From an uncultured Gammaproteobacteria bacterium (lineage in GTDB: Bacteria; Pseudomonadota; Gammaproteobacteria; UBA4575): 64,000 nt of DNA. The stretch's first letter is position 1; every line of letters starts with the position of its first letter. The stretch is from NCBI GenBank assembly GCA_951812785.1, contig OX638335.1, positions 1,849,712 to 1,913,711 on the forward strand, read 5' to 3'. The notes below the pieces were generated by a model. That model saw only the letters and a program-made list of their open reading frames with translations, searched no databases and was not told where the DNA came from. Shown one piece after another: positions 9,424-21,483 of this stretch. A program made the translations under genes and the position numbers.

Positions 9424-10811
9424 GAAGTAACCCTCTCTGGAACCGGTTTATCTTGGTCTAGATTAGTAAATGCTGCACCTATTAAAGTAACAAATAGATA
9501 TGCAACAGGAATGATCCATGTCTTCCAGGTTAATTCTGCAATTTCTGGATTATTTCTGAATACATCATATAAAGTAATTAATCCAACAAAGATGATGAAC
9601 CACATGATGTAGTAGCCTGCTGAACGTCGCGTGCTGTAAATAGCCAACACGGCAAAGAACAAGAAATACAATTCAGACAGTCTTAATGCCATTTGTGAAG
9701 CCGTTGGCGTAACAGCCTGTACTCCGTAATAACCGAGCCATACAAACGCAATTAAGAAAACAAATAAGTTCACTTTATACAAAGCACTTCTATAACGAAT
9801 CGACTTAACCACGTTTTTATCTATCCAAGGTAACAGGAATAAGATAAATACCGCAGCACCCATGGCAACCACACCCCAGAACGGATTTGGTATCGCTCTA
9901 AGAACTGTGTAGAACGGTGTGAAGTACCATACTGGTGCGATATGTTCTGGTGTCGCCAGTGGATTCGCTGGTTCAAAGTTAGCGTGCTCTAAAAAGTAAC
10001 CCCCCATTTCCGGAGCAAAGAACACCACTAATGCAAAGATGAACAAGAATACTACCGTGCCGACAATATCCTTCACTGTGTAGTAAGGATGGAATGGAAT
10101 GCCATCGAGTGGAACACCATCTGCGTCTTTATTCTTTTTAATTTCAACACCGTCAGGATTGTTTGAGCCCACAGTGTGCAATGCTGCGATATGAGCAACG
10201 ACTAGTCCTAGCAAAACAATTGGCACCGCAATCACGTGTAGTGCGAAGAAACGATTCAACGTAGCATCTGAAACAACAAAGTCTCCACGAATCCATAATG
10301 CTAAATCATCGCCAATCACTGGAATAGTGCCGAAGAGGTTCACAATGACCTGGGCACCCCAGTAAGACATTTGTCCCCAAGGAAGCAAGTAACCCATGAA
10401 AGCTTCTGCCATTAAACACATATAGATCATCATGCCGAACAACCAAATTAGTTCACGTGGTTGTTTGAATGAGCCATACATCAAGCCTCGCAACATATGT
10501 AGATAGATGACAATGAAGAATGCCGAGGCTCCGGTTGAGTGCATATAACGCACCAGCCAGCCCCAATTGACATCTCGCATGATGTACTCAACCGATGCAA
10601 AGGCTAATTCAGCATCTGGCTTATAGTGCATGGTTAGGAAAATACCGGTAACAATTTGAAGCACTAGTATTAATAATGCTAGTGATCCAAAAAAGTACCA
10701 GAAGTTAAAATTCTTTGGTGCGTAATATTTAGAAAGATGTGCTTCCCAAAATTCGATAACAGGCAATCGTGAATCGACCCATCCGATAATTCCGCCTACT
10801 TTATTAGTCAT
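9420..10811 (-). CDS. petB: Cytochrome b of the bc1 complex (463 aa, extended C-terminus)
   Basis: [13 protein letters not shown].., [10 protein letters not shown] and PEWYF-like (VWYFTPFY) motifs. Overlaps petC start. Confidence 0.95.
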   Translation of the reverse strand: MTNKVGGIIGWVDSRLPVIEFWEAHLSKYYAPKNFNFWYFFGSLALLILVLQIVTGIFLTMHYKPDAELAFASVEYIMRDVNWGWLVRYMHSTGASAFFIVIYLHMLRGLMYGSFKQPRELIWLFGMMIYMCLMAEAFMGYLLPWGQMSYWGAQVIVNLFGTIPVIGDDLALWIRGDFVVSDATLNRFFALHVIAVPIVLLGLVVAHIAALHTVGSNNPDGVEIKKNKDADGVPLDGIPFHPYYTVKDIVGTVVFLFIFALVVFFAPEMGGYFLEHANFEPANPLATPEHIAPVWYFTPFYTVLRAIPNPFWGVVAMGAAVFILFLLPWIDKNVVKSIRYRSALYKVNLFVFLIAFVWLGYYGVQAVTPTASQMALRLSELYFLFFAVLAIYSTRRSAGYYIMWFIIFVGLITLYDVFRNNPEIAELTWKTWIIPVAYLFVTLIGAAFTNLDQDKPVPERVTS

Positions 10812-11411
10812 TTATGCAGCCCCTTCATCAAGTTCGCCAACCACAAGTACGTTGTCGCTAAGAAATTTATAGGGTGGGACTTCAAGATTTTTATTTGCCG
10901 GAACGTTCTTATACACGCGTCCAGCCATATCGAAACTTGATCCGTGACATGGGCAATAGAAACCACCTACCCAATCTGGACCCAAATCTGCGGGTGCTAA
11001 TTCTGGTCTAAATGTCGGAGAACAACCCAAATGTGTACAAATTCCAACCAGTACAAGTACTTCAGGTCTTAGTGAGCGTTCTTGGTTACGCGCAAATTCT
11101 GGCTGTTGGGCTAATTCGTCTGAGTTGGGATCTCGCACTCTTTCTTCAGTTGAATTCAGTAAAGAAACCATTTCCTCAGAACGACGTACGATCCATACAG
11201 GCTTACGACGCCATTCCACCTGGATCTTTTGGCCTGGCTCTAATTTGCTGACATCCACCTCTACAGGGGCTCCAGAAGCCAATGCGCGAGCACTTGGGCT
11301 CATAGTGGATACAAACGGTACAACCGCAACGGCTGCACCTAATGCACCCACTACACTTGCACTCACCGTCAACATTTTTCGACGACCCGTGTCTACAACG
11401 TGCTCCGACAT
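10812..11411 (-). CDS. petA: Ubiquinol-cytochrome c reductase Rieske Fe-S subunit
   Basis: CTHLGCSP and CPCHGSSF Rieske boxes. Confidence 0.95.
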   Translation of the reverse strand: MSEHVVDTGRRKMLTVSASVVGALGAAVAVVPFVSTMSPSARALASGAPVEVDVSKLEPGQKIQVEWRRKPVWIVRRSEEMVSLLNSTEERVRDPNSDELAQQPEFARNQERSLRPEVLVLVGICTHLGCSPTFRPELAPADLGPDWVGGFYCPCHGSSFDMAGRVYKNVPANKNLEVPPYKFLSDNVLVVGELDEGAA

Positions 11412-11570
11412 GTAAATCTCCTTATCGATTACCTAATAACCTGCATTTAGTCAGCTTTCTTATGCTATAGAATAGTCCTTGCATAACGAGTCTTACTCTG
11501 CCACCTAAAAGCGCGGTAGGATGGCGTAACTAGTAAAAAACGTCAAGGCAAATTCAGTGATCCTAGTCAG

Positions 11571-12329
11571 TTAAGCTGGATTAATTTCATCAAAGTATTG
11601 ATGTTCTAGGCTAAATATTTCTGCCAAATGCCCAGCCAAGGCCTAAACCCCGTAACGTTCAGTGGCGTGATGCCCCGCGCCAATAAAATGCATATTACAC
11701 TCTCGTGCAATATGCACTGTCTGTTCAGAGATTTCGCCAGTCAAATAAACGTCAGCCTGACATTCAACGGCATCTTCAATCATGTGCTGTGCGCCGCCTG
11801 TGCACCAGGCAATTCGTTGAACTTAGCGCGGACCGGCGTCTATGTGTATAGGATCACGCATTAAACTTTGAGCGCATTTTCCTACAAATTGTTTAATATC
11901 CAAAGGGGTGTCTAGCATTCCTACATTTCCAATCGGTGTTTTGCTAGTTTTCTGAAGTGGTTCTAGATTTGAAATGTCTAATCGGCGAGCAATTTGGGCA
12001 TTATTTCCGACTATTGGGTGCGCATCTAACGGGAGATGATAAGCCAGCAAGCTGATATCAGCACCCAGTAATGCTTGTAGACGTCTCTTTTTCATTCCTA
12101 CCACTTGCGCACGCTCATTCTTCCAGAAATAGCCATGATGAACGATTAGGCAATCTGCCCCCCATTCAGCCACTTGTTCAATAATGGATAAACTTGCCGT
12201 GACCGCAGTGGCTACTTTTACGACATTTTGCCTTCCTTCAACTTGAAAGCCATTCGGGCAGTAATCGTGAAAGTTAGTAATGCGTAGATAACGATCAGCG
12301 TAATTCGTAATTGCAGCTAATGTACTCAT
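11571..12329 (-). pseudogene. Nif3-family dinuclear-metal-centre protein (YbgI-like) interrupted by one in-frame TAA
   Basis: 253 codons in a single frame. The 168 aa ORF ends ..IHIDAGPR-TAA (11823-11825), then the same frame continues [63 protein letters not shown]. This matches my recollection of the YbgI C-terminus. Confidence 0.85.
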
Positions 12330-12412
12330 GGAATTTGGTAGAAAAATATACCGTTATGATAACAGGGGTGTCTGCTGACGTCAGGCACAACGCATGATAG
12401 TGTGACCACCCC

Positions 12413-13558
12413 ATGTTGCCTCGTAAATTTTTCATATTCTTAGCCCAATCTGCTGCCGTCGGAATAATGGCGGCTGCGATATTAATATTTCTATTGCCCA
12501 ACACTTGGCTGCAATCTAGCAATGGTGGTATCAGCACGAATAGCTTAGCCAATATTGGCCCGTATTCTTATTCTGATGCGGTGTCAAAGGCTGCTCCCGC
12601 CGTAGTAAATATTTACACCAAAAAGTTGGTTAAAGGCTCGCGCACCTTTTCAACTAACAACCCTCAATTAGAACGCATATTAAGAAACATGTATGGGAGA
12701 AATTTAGACCGTACCGTTACTAGCTTGGGTTCAGGAGTAATCGTCACAGCAGAAGGTCATATTCTGACTAATAACCACGTCATAGAAAACGCGGAAGAAA
12801 TTGAAGTGTACTTGCGTGATGGCCGCCAACTCAGCGCCAAAGTAGTAGGAGCAGACCCTGAAACAGATCTTGCGGTATTACAAATTCCAACCACCGAAGT
12901 GCCTAATATTACATTTGGTATTGCAAAACCACTGGCAGTAGGTGACGTGGTACTTGCGATAGGCAATCCATTTGGTCTAGGTCAAACAGTATCACAAGGA
13001 ATTATTAGTGCGACAGGGAGAAATCAATTAGGTGTCAATGTATTTGAAAATTACATTCAGACTGATGCTGCCATTAACCCTGGCAATTCGGGAGGCGCAC
13101 TGATTAATGCTAAAGGTGAACTGATTGGCATTAACACTATCACTTCCTCAAAAAACGGAACCTCTGTAGGCATCGGTTTTGCCATTCCTATTGTGCTCGC
13201 TAAAGAAGTAATGACACATATGATTGAATATGGGCGCGTATTACGTGGCTGGATAGGAGTACGCGTGCAGAATATTTCTCCGCAGTTATCAGAGTCCTTT
13301 AAATTAACTGAGAGTGGCGGCGTACTAGTTTCTGGTATCGTGCGTAACGGACCTGCTCATACAGCCGGACTATATCCCGGCGATATAATCATTTCCATGA
13401 ACGACCAAATTCTCACTGAAGAGCGACAAGTGCTCAACGAAGTCATTCGTTATCGCCCCCAACAAAAGCTAAATGTTAAAGGTATTCGCAATGGCAACCT
13501 AACAGAATGGACTATAGAAGTTGGCCAGCGCCCTATCTATGGAGCATTAACCTATTAA
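12413..13558 (+). CDS. DegS/AlgW-like periplasmic serine endoprotease (trypsin domain plus one PDZ)
   Basis: N-terminal TM. Catalytic TNNHV / DLAVL / GNSGGAL. Single C-terminal PDZ. Confidence 0.87.
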   Translation: MLPRKFFIFLAQSAAVGIMAAAILIFLLPNTWLQSSNGGISTNSLANIGPYSYSDAVSKAAPAVVNIYTKKLVKGSRTFSTNNPQLERILRNMYGRNLDRTVTSLGSGVIVTAEGHILTNNHVIENAEEIEVYLRDGRQLSAKVVGADPETDLAVLQIPTTEVPNITFGIAKPLAVGDVVLAIGNPFGLGQTVSQGIISATGRNQLGVNVFENYIQTDAAINPGNSGGALINAKGELIGINTITSSKNGTSVGIGFAIPIVLAKEVMTHMIEYGRVLRGWIGVRVQNISPQLSESFKLTESGGVLVSGIVRNGPAHTAGLYPGDIIISMNDQILTEERQVLNEVIRYRPQQKLNVKGIRNGNLTEWTIEVGQRPIYGALTY

Positions 13559-13811
13559 CGCGACTTGATGTAAGGCCACTTGCATCGCACATCGCGAGCA
13601 AAAACTGAATGCAAACTTATTCCTTGTTATGCAGCCATAAATCAGCGCAATACTGATTACGTTATGCGGCATAATCTACGCTACTTATATGGAGAGATCT
13701 AAGACCAACTTATTTGCTATGAATCGCTTTGGTTACACGCTGAAAGTAGAGGGTAAAAATATTCTTTCAGGCATAAACACTGACGACGAAGTTATCGACT
13801 CACAAATAAAT

Positions 13812-14894
13812 TTAACTATTTAATGCGCCATTTAACGCATCACAAAATATTTTATTCTCTTCTTTAGATCCAACCGTTACACGTAAGCATTGTCCTAACC
13901 CCGCTTGCTTACTAACATTTTTAATTAGCACTTTTTGTTCCAGAAGATTATCAAATACTTCACCAGCATCACGCGATAGCATCTTAATTAAAATAAAATT
14001 AGCCTCGCTAGGATACGGTTTCACACCTTCTATAGCAGACAAATGCCCAAACAATGAACCACGCAATGATCGAATGGTTTCAGCTTGCTCAGCAAACAAT
14101 GCATAGTTATCTAGTGCAAACTCCATGGTCAGTTGAGTTAACTGATTAATGTTATACGGCAAACGAATTTTATTAAACTCCGCGATTAACTTCGCATCTC
14201 CAGCAAGCCAACCGAATCGTATGGCAGCCAAACCTAATTTAGATGCGGTTCTAAGTAACAGCATATTGCTATTCTTTACTAGAACGTCAGTTAAACTATC
14301 GCCAGCAAATGGGCCATACGCTTCATCGACGACAACAATGCCCTGACTTTTATTTAGAATTTTGTGGATATCATTCTTGCTCCACAAGTTACCTGTTGGG
14401 TTATTTGGATAGGCAAGAAATATTAGCGCCGGATCGTATTTACCAATGGCAGCAAGCATCGCTGCCAGATCTAGTTGATAACTTTCATCCAACGGAACAA
14501 TATGACAATCAACCCCAATCATCTCTGCAATCATTTGATACATTGAAAAGCTTGGGCTAACCGTTAGAATACATGCTCCTGGCTTAGCAATCGCTAATAC
14601 TAATAGTTGAATTAGTTCATCAGAGCCATTCCCTAGCAGCAGGTCACCGCCATCATGTGGACCAAACTGGTCTTTCAGTTTTTGCTTTAAGTTCTCTGGA
14701 TTAGGTTCTGGATATCGGTTTACTTGCGCATGACTCATGTGGTCAAGCCACTTGCTGCGCATATCCACAGGCAAAGTAAATGGATTTTCCATTGCATCCA
14801 ACTTCACCAAGCCAGTTGCATCAGGGACTGCATATGCTTGTAATTTATTTAATTCCGGCCGCAACCGAGATAAAACATTGTTAGACATATTCAA
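13812..14894 (-). CDS. hisC: Histidinol-phosphate aminotransferase
   Basis: Class-II aminotransferase, 360 aa. PLP-lysine region LLRTASKLGLAAIRFGW. Adjacent to hisD. Confidence 0.9.
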   Translation of the reverse strand: MNMSNNVLSRLRPELNKLQAYAVPDATGLVKLDAMENPFTLPVDMRSKWLDHMSHAQVNRYPEPNPENLKQKLKDQFGPHDGGDLLLGNGSDELIQLLVLAIAKPGACILTVSPSFSMYQMIAEMIGVDCHIVPLDESYQLDLAAMLAAIGKYDPALIFLAYPNNPTGNLWSKNDIHKILNKSQGIVVVDEAYGPFAGDSLTDVLVKNSNMLLLRTASKLGLAAIRFGWLAGDAKLIAEFNKIRLPYNINQLTQLTMEFALDNYALFAEQAETIRSLRGSLFGHLSAIEGVKPYPSEANFILIKMLSRDAGEVFDNLLEQKVLIKNVSKQAGLGQCLRVTVGSKEENKIFCDALNGALNS

Positions 14895-16199
14895 TTACTT
14901 AGCCGAACCTCTAAATTCCGCAGACCTGGCATGCGCAGTTAAACCTTCACTATTCGCTAATGTACTCGCGATACCGCTTAACTTTGATGCTCCTTGATCA
15001 GAGCAGTTCAAAATAGTCATACGTTTTTGGAAGTCGTACACTCCTAATGGCGATGAAAATCTTGCTGTCGCGCTGGTAGGTAAAACGTGGTTAGGGCCTG
15101 CACAATAATCACCGAACACTTCAGGTGTGTAATGACCCATAAATACTGCACCTGCATGTTGAATGCTTTCTAATAGTTTCGCTGGATCTTGCACAGACAG
15201 CTCCAAATGCTCAGGAGCGACTTGATTACTAATTTGGACAGCTTGCTGCAAACTATCAACCTTGACATAGCTACCAAATGTATTGATCGCTCGCTTAATA
15301 ATATCAGCACGTTCAAGTGTGGGCAGTAATTTATTCATTGCTGCTTCAACTTTATTTAGCATGTCTTCCGAGGTGGATATTAGAGTTGTACGTGCTAACG
15401 CATCGTGCTCAGCTTGAGAAAACAAATCCATGGCAATCCAATCTGAATTAGCTGAATCATCACATATCACCAGCACTTCAGATGGCCCAGCAATCATGTC
15501 AATACCAACCTTGCCAAACACCATTCTCTTTGCAGTTGCGACATAAATATTTCCTGGTCCAACAATTTTATCTACTGCTGGTACGGTTTCTGTTCCATAG
15601 GCTAACGCGGCCACTGCTTGTGCTCCTCCAATACGAAACACACGATCTACACCTGCCACTGCAGCGGCTGCTAGCACTGTAGAATTTATTTTCCCATCAG
15701 GGGTCGGTGCGACCATAACTATTTCAGGCACACCTGCTACTTTTGCCGGTACTGCATTCATTAACACAGAAGAAGGATAAGCCGCAGTCCCTCCGGGCAC
15801 ATAGATACCTACACGGTCTAGTGGTGTCACACGTTGGCCTAGTAACGAGCCATGCTCATCGGTGTATTCCCAAGACTGAAGTTTTTGGTGTTCAGCATAA
15901 TCTTTCACCCGCTGATGCGCCTGCTCCAATGCATCGCGTTGCGCAGGGGCTATCGCCTGTAAAGCGTTTTTCAGTTCTACTTGAGGTATTTCTAATTGCT
16001 GTGCATTTGCCAGTTCTAGGCGATCAAACTTATGCGTAAAATCAAGTAACGCACTATCACCTTTTGCACGAATTTGAGCAATGATGTCTTGCACAATATG
16101 CGAGACATCAGACTCATATTCCGTGTTGGCTTCTAGAAAATCAGAAAATTCTTTTTGAAAGGATTCCTGTTGCGAATTAAAGCGTCGAATTGTAAGCAT
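14895..16199 (-). CDS. hisD: Histidinol dehydrogenase
   Basis: 434 aa. [10 protein letters not shown] and SQAEHD motifs. Confidence 0.95.
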   Translation of the reverse strand: MLTIRRFNSQQESFQKEFSDFLEANTEYESDVSHIVQDIIAQIRAKGDSALLDFTHKFDRLELANAQQLEIPQVELKNALQAIAPAQRDALEQAHQRVKDYAEHQKLQSWEYTDEHGSLLGQRVTPLDRVGIYVPGGTAAYPSSVLMNAVPAKVAGVPEIVMVAPTPDGKINSTVLAAAAVAGVDRVFRIGGAQAVAALAYGTETVPAVDKIVGPGNIYVATAKRMVFGKVGIDMIAGPSEVLVICDDSANSDWIAMDLFSQAEHDALARTTLISTSEDMLNKVEAAMNKLLPTLERADIIKRAINTFGSYVKVDSLQQAVQISNQVAPEHLELSVQDPAKLLESIQHAGAVFMGHYTPEVFGDYCAGPNHVLPTSATARFSSPLGVYDFQKRMTILNCSDQGASKLSGIASTLANSEGLTAHARSAEFRGSAK

Positions 16200-16219
16200 A
16201 TAGAAGCAAATGACCTAAT

Positions 16220-17293
16220 CTACGCAGCCGCAGAATCTTTTGCCTGGCGACGCGCTCGTACAGCTTTAGCAAATTGCTCTAGCAACTGTTCTGTATCCGC
16301 CCAATTTATACAAGCATCAGTGACACTTTGACCATAAGTTTCAGCTTTGCCATTAACCACGTTTTGGCGACCCTCGACAATATGGCTTTCTACCATAACC
16401 CCAAAAATTCTTTTCTCGCCAGCTGCTAGTTGTTTACATATATCCGCACCAACATCTTTTTGCCTGTCGTGCTGCTTCAAGCTATTAGCATGACTACAGT
16501 CAACCATAACGCGCGGCGCCAAACCTGCTTTATCTAAACTGGCACATGCATCTTCAATACTTGCTGCATCATAGTTGGTTGCTTTACCACCACGTAAAAT
16601 AACGTGGCAATCTAGGTTACCCGCAGTAGAAAATATTGCAGACTTGCCATCTTTTGTAACAGAAAGAAAATGATGTGGGCGCATGGCTGAACCAATTGCA
16701 TCCACTGCAACTTGCAAACCACCATCAGTACCATTCTTAAATCCTACCGGGCACGACAAACCAGAGGCTAATTCGCGATGCACTTGGCTTTCGGTAGTTC
16801 GCGCACCAATAGCACCCCAACTAACCAGGTCAGCAACATACTGCGGACTAATAAGATCAAGATATTCTGTACCGGCAGGAATACCCATATTATTTAAATC
16901 TAATAATAATTCTCTAGCTAGTCTTAAGCCTTTATTGATTTCAAAACTGTTATCTAAATTAGGATCATTAATTAGGCCTTTCCAACCTACAGTTGTACGT
17001 GGCTTCTCAAAGTACACGCGCATCACTATATGCAAATCATCTGACCACTTATTGCGTTGCTCTAACAAACGCTTAGCATAATCACGCGCTGCATCTGGAT
17101 CGTGAATAGAACACGGGCCAACGACAACCACTAAGCGATCATCATCACCATGAAACACTTTTTGAATATCAGTGCGTGCTTGATGCACGCAGCTAGAAGA
17201 TTCGTCTGACAGAGGAAATTCTTCAAGCACCTGCATAGGAGTGCTTACTTCCTTCATTTCTATAATTCGTAGATCGTCAGTTTGGTATTTCAT
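16220..17293 (-). CDS. Class I 3-deoxy-7-phosphoheptulonate (DAHP) synthase
   Basis: VVVGPCSIHD, KPRTTVGWKGLINDP and DCSHANS motifs. 357 aa. Confidence 0.92.
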   Translation of the reverse strand: MKYQTDDLRIIEMKEVSTPMQVLEEFPLSDESSSCVHQARTDIQKVFHGDDDRLVVVVGPCSIHDPDAARDYAKRLLEQRNKWSDDLHIVMRVYFEKPRTTVGWKGLINDPNLDNSFEINKGLRLARELLLDLNNMGIPAGTEYLDLISPQYVADLVSWGAIGARTTESQVHRELASGLSCPVGFKNGTDGGLQVAVDAIGSAMRPHHFLSVTKDGKSAIFSTAGNLDCHVILRGGKATNYDAASIEDACASLDKAGLAPRVMVDCSHANSLKQHDRQKDVGADICKQLAAGEKRIFGVMVESHIVEGRQNVVNGKAETYGQSVTDACINWADTEQLLEQFAKAVRARRQAKDSAAA

Positions 17294-17306
17294 GTTATTT
17301 TCCTAT

Positions 17307-17942
17307 TTAACTTTCTTCAATCGCATTGCGAAATTGTTCAACAATGTTTTGTAGTGTACCAACTCTAACTTTTAAAGACGCCTTATTCGCGACTAAGCGA
17401 GAGCTAATGTCTTCTATATGCTCAAGTGGCTGCAGGCCATTTGCACGTAATGTATTTCCTGTGTCAACCAAGTCGACAATCAGATCAGCAAGACCGGTTA
17501 ATGGAGCTAGCTCCATCGAACCATAGAGCCTGATTATTTCAATTTGTTTTCCCTGCTGAGCAAAATACTGCTGCGCCGAGCGAACATATTTAGTAGCCAC
17601 TTTTAGTCTTTTGCCAGGATCTGGAAGTTCAGATCTTCCTGCCACCATTAATTTACATTTACAGATGCCTAAATCAAGCAACTCATATATACCCTCCCCT
17701 TGAGTTTCCATCAGTGTGTCTTTGCCCGCAATACCGAGATCAGCTGCACCATATTGCACATAAGTTGGCACATCAGTAGCACGTATAACCACCACTCTTA
17801 CATTTGGATCTTCTGTGTCTATCAGTAGCTTACGTGTCTTATTAAGATCTTCTACAGGCGCCATCCCCATACGCTCTAGTAATGACACAGTGTCTTCAAG
17901 AATTCGACCCTTAGAGATCGCTAATGTTATTTTACTATTCAT
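17307..17942 (-). CDS. hisG: ATP phosphoribosyltransferase, short form
   Basis: 211 aa, LAISKGRILE start, DLVDTGNTLRANGL motif. It lacks the C-terminal regulatory domain of long HisG. Confidence 0.9.
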   Translation of the reverse strand: MNSKITLAISKGRILEDTVSLLERMGMAPVEDLNKTRKLLIDTEDPNVRVVVIRATDVPTYVQYGAADLGIAGKDTLMETQGEGIYELLDLGICKCKLMVAGRSELPDPGKRLKVATKYVRSAQQYFAQQGKQIEIIRLYGSMELAPLTGLADLIVDLVDTGNTLRANGLQPLEHIEDISSRLVANKASLKVRVGTLQNIVEQFRNAIEES

Positions 17943-17955
17943 TTAACTAGACCAT

Positions 17956-19224
<1,269 letters not shown>

Positions 19225-19287
19225 CTAATCTAGAATGTGCGTTGCTAGCTTACAACGCTGATAGAGAAATAGAAGAATTTTCTTACT

Positions 19288-19587
19288 TTAAGCAGAATAA
19301 AATAGCTTTTCTAATTGGTTATTTTCAATTAGCACAGCGAGTTGACCAGACTTTCCCTGTAGCGCAAATTTCTTGTTTCTAAAATTAGCCCAGCGCACCC
19401 AAGCAACCAGCAGAGCTAATCCACCGCTATCCACATGCACGACATTACTGACATCAATGCTGATAAACGATGCATCTGTAGGTGGGAACAACTTTTTTGA
19501 CTGCGCCCACAAATCAGGCACCGTCACCGTAGTCAAATCGCTACTTACCCGAAAATTACCCCCACCTAAACTTTGCAATTCACTCAT
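19288..19587 (-). CDS. mlaB: STAS-domain protein, MlaB-like
   Basis: 99 aa STAS-like protein at the end of the mlaFEDC string. Confidence 0.7.
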   Translation of the reverse strand: MSELQSLGGGNFRVSSDLTTVTVPDLWAQSKKLFPPTDASFISIDVSNVVHVDSGGLALLVAWVRWANFRNKKFALQGKSGQLAVLIENNQLEKLFYSA

Positions 19588-19605
19588 TGGAGCAATTGAT
19601 GCTTA

Positions 19606-20205
19606 CTAGCCAGCGTTGGTAGATGCTAAGCGATTAATCAGTGCGTCTAACGATGTCTCGCTAATCTCCTGAGAGAAACTAGTGCGAAAGTTTTTAATTA
19701 AACTTAACCCATCAACCACTAAATCAAATACTTTCCAAGAATCATCTTTTCTTCGAAACACATAATCCACTTGTAATGGTGCCCCGCTACCAATATCCAG
19801 ATGTGACTTAACGCGATGACGCTTACCTTTTTGCTCGCCTTGCGGAGGAAATACCTTAACCTTTGCATGACCATAATCAGCCACTGATTTAGCATAAGTA
19901 CGTACTAACATAGATTTAAATTGATTTATAAATTGTTCTCTTTGTTCTTCGCTAGCCGTTTTCCAGTGTTTCCCAAGAATCAACTTCCCCATTGATTGAA
20001 GATCAATCAATGGCAAAATAACGTTATTGATAACTTCGTTAACATAACCCTCTTCAGTCTTAATTCTTTCAGACTGCTGGTTAATTATCTGCAATAATTC
20101 AGACGAAGTTTGCTCAACGATTTGCTCTGGCGTTTGCTCTTCAGCACTCACCCATGTATTCACAGTACAAAACGTCAAGATTAAAATTGTAATCAGTTTA
20201 TTCAT
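19606..20205 (-). CDS. mlaC: Periplasmic phospholipid-binding protein MlaC (Ttg2D family)
   Basis: Signal peptide, 199 aa. Position between mlaD and mlaB. Confidence 0.8.
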   Translation of the reverse strand: MNKLITILILTFCTVNTWVSAEEQTPEQIVEQTSSELLQIINQQSERIKTEEGYVNEVINNVILPLIDLQSMGKLILGKHWKTASEEQREQFINQFKSMLVRTYAKSVADYGHAKVKVFPPQGEQKGKRHRVKSHLDIGSGAPLQVDYVFRRKDDSWKVFDLVVDGLSLIKNFRTSFSQEISETSLDALINRLASTNAG

Positions 20206-20221
20206 TAGATTTCCTTAAAGC

Positions 20222-20680
20222 TTAGCCAGAACTAGCATTTGATATAAATTTACTAATTATTTCCTCTAAAACCACAGCCGATTGAGTGAATTCAATTTCA
20301 TCGCCATTGCTTAGAGTGTCATCCTCGGCTCCAGGTTCCAGGGCAATATACTGTTCCCCTAATAATCCTGCCGTATAAATACTAGCTGCCGTATCGGATG
20401 AAAAGTAATTATGCCTAAGATCGACGCGCAACGTCACCTTAGCTTGGAGTCGTTCTGGATCGAACACGATATCACTGATCTGGCCAACACGAACACCTGA
20501 CACAGTAATCGCAGAACGTACCTTTAATCCACCTATATTCTCAAAATATGCGGTTAGGTAGTAACCTTCTTTGGATGATATGGAACCGAAGTTACTCACG
20601 CTCATCGCTAGTACAAATAAAGCAGCACCTCCAATTACCACAAACAACCCAACTGCTATTTCCATAAACCTTGTTGTCAT
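20222..20680 (-). CDS. mlaD: MCE-domain protein MlaD
   Basis: N-terminal TM plus MCE domain (GLKVRSAITVSGVRVGQI). Confidence 0.87.
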   Translation of the reverse strand: MTTRFMEIAVGLFVVIGGAALFVLAMSVSNFGSISSKEGYYLTAYFENIGGLKVRSAITVSGVRVGQISDIVFDPERLQAKVTLRVDLRHNYFSSDTAASIYTAGLLGEQYIALEPGAEDDTLSNGDEIEFTQSAVVLEEIISKFISNASSG

Positions 20681-20698
20681 AAGTTATCTCTCAAAATT

Positions 20699-21481
20699 TT
20701 AGATATCGCTAAACATCAATGCCGTCAGAACAAAGTCAAGCGCCAATATCGCCAACGCTGAACGCACAACTGTCTTAGTCGTGGCACGGCTAACGCCCTC
20801 AGCCGTCGGTATAGCGTCATAACCTTCATATAAGGCAATCCAGTTACAGGCAATCCCAAATACGACACTCTTAATTACACCGTTAATAATATCGCTAGAA
20901 AAATCTACATTGGCTTGCATCTGTGACCAGTAAGAGCCGGAATCCACACCTAATAAACCGACCCCAACAAAATAGCCTCCCAAAATACCTACTGCACTGA
21001 ATATCGCGGCCAGTAAAGGCATAGAAATAATTCCCGCCAAGAAACGTGGCGCAATTATTCTGCGAATCGGATCCACTGCCATCATTTCCATTGAGGCAAG
21101 TTGCTCTGTAGTTTTCATCAAACCTATTTCTGCTGTTAAAGCAGAACCTGCCCGTCCCGCATATAGCAGGCCGGTCACGACTGGACCAAGCTCACGCACC
21201 AAAGATAATGCTACAAATATTCCAAGAGACTCTTCCGCATTAAACTTGGCAAAATTTACATAGCCTTGCAGGCCAAGCACCATACCGACAAATAGCCCAG
21301 ATACCGCAATAATAACTAACGACAGAACGCCCACTGAGTGGATTTCACGTAAAGTTAAACGGAATCTAATCAACGCAACACCAATTCCCTCCAGTACCCC
21401 GATGAAAAACAAGGCGGAACGACCTAGAGACTCAACCACATTCAGCCCTTTCTGGCCAACATTTTGCAGCCAATCAAGCAC
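20699..21481 (-). CDS. mlaE: Mla ABC transporter permease
   Basis: 260 aa polytopic permease, MlaE-like sequence. Conserved position. Confidence 0.9.
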   Translation of the reverse strand: MLDWLQNVGQKGLNVVESLGRSALFFIGVLEGIGVALIRFRLTLREIHSVGVLSLVIIAVSGLFVGMVLGLQGYVNFAKFNAEESLGIFVALSLVRELGPVVTGLLYAGRAGSALTAEIGLMKTTEQLASMEMMAVDPIRRIIAPRFLAGIISMPLLAAIFSAVGILGGYFVGVGLLGVDSGSYWSQMQANVDFSSDIINGVIKSVVFGIACNWIALYEGYDAIPTAEGVSRATTKTVVRSALAILALDFVLTALMFSDI

Positions 21482-21483
21482 TA

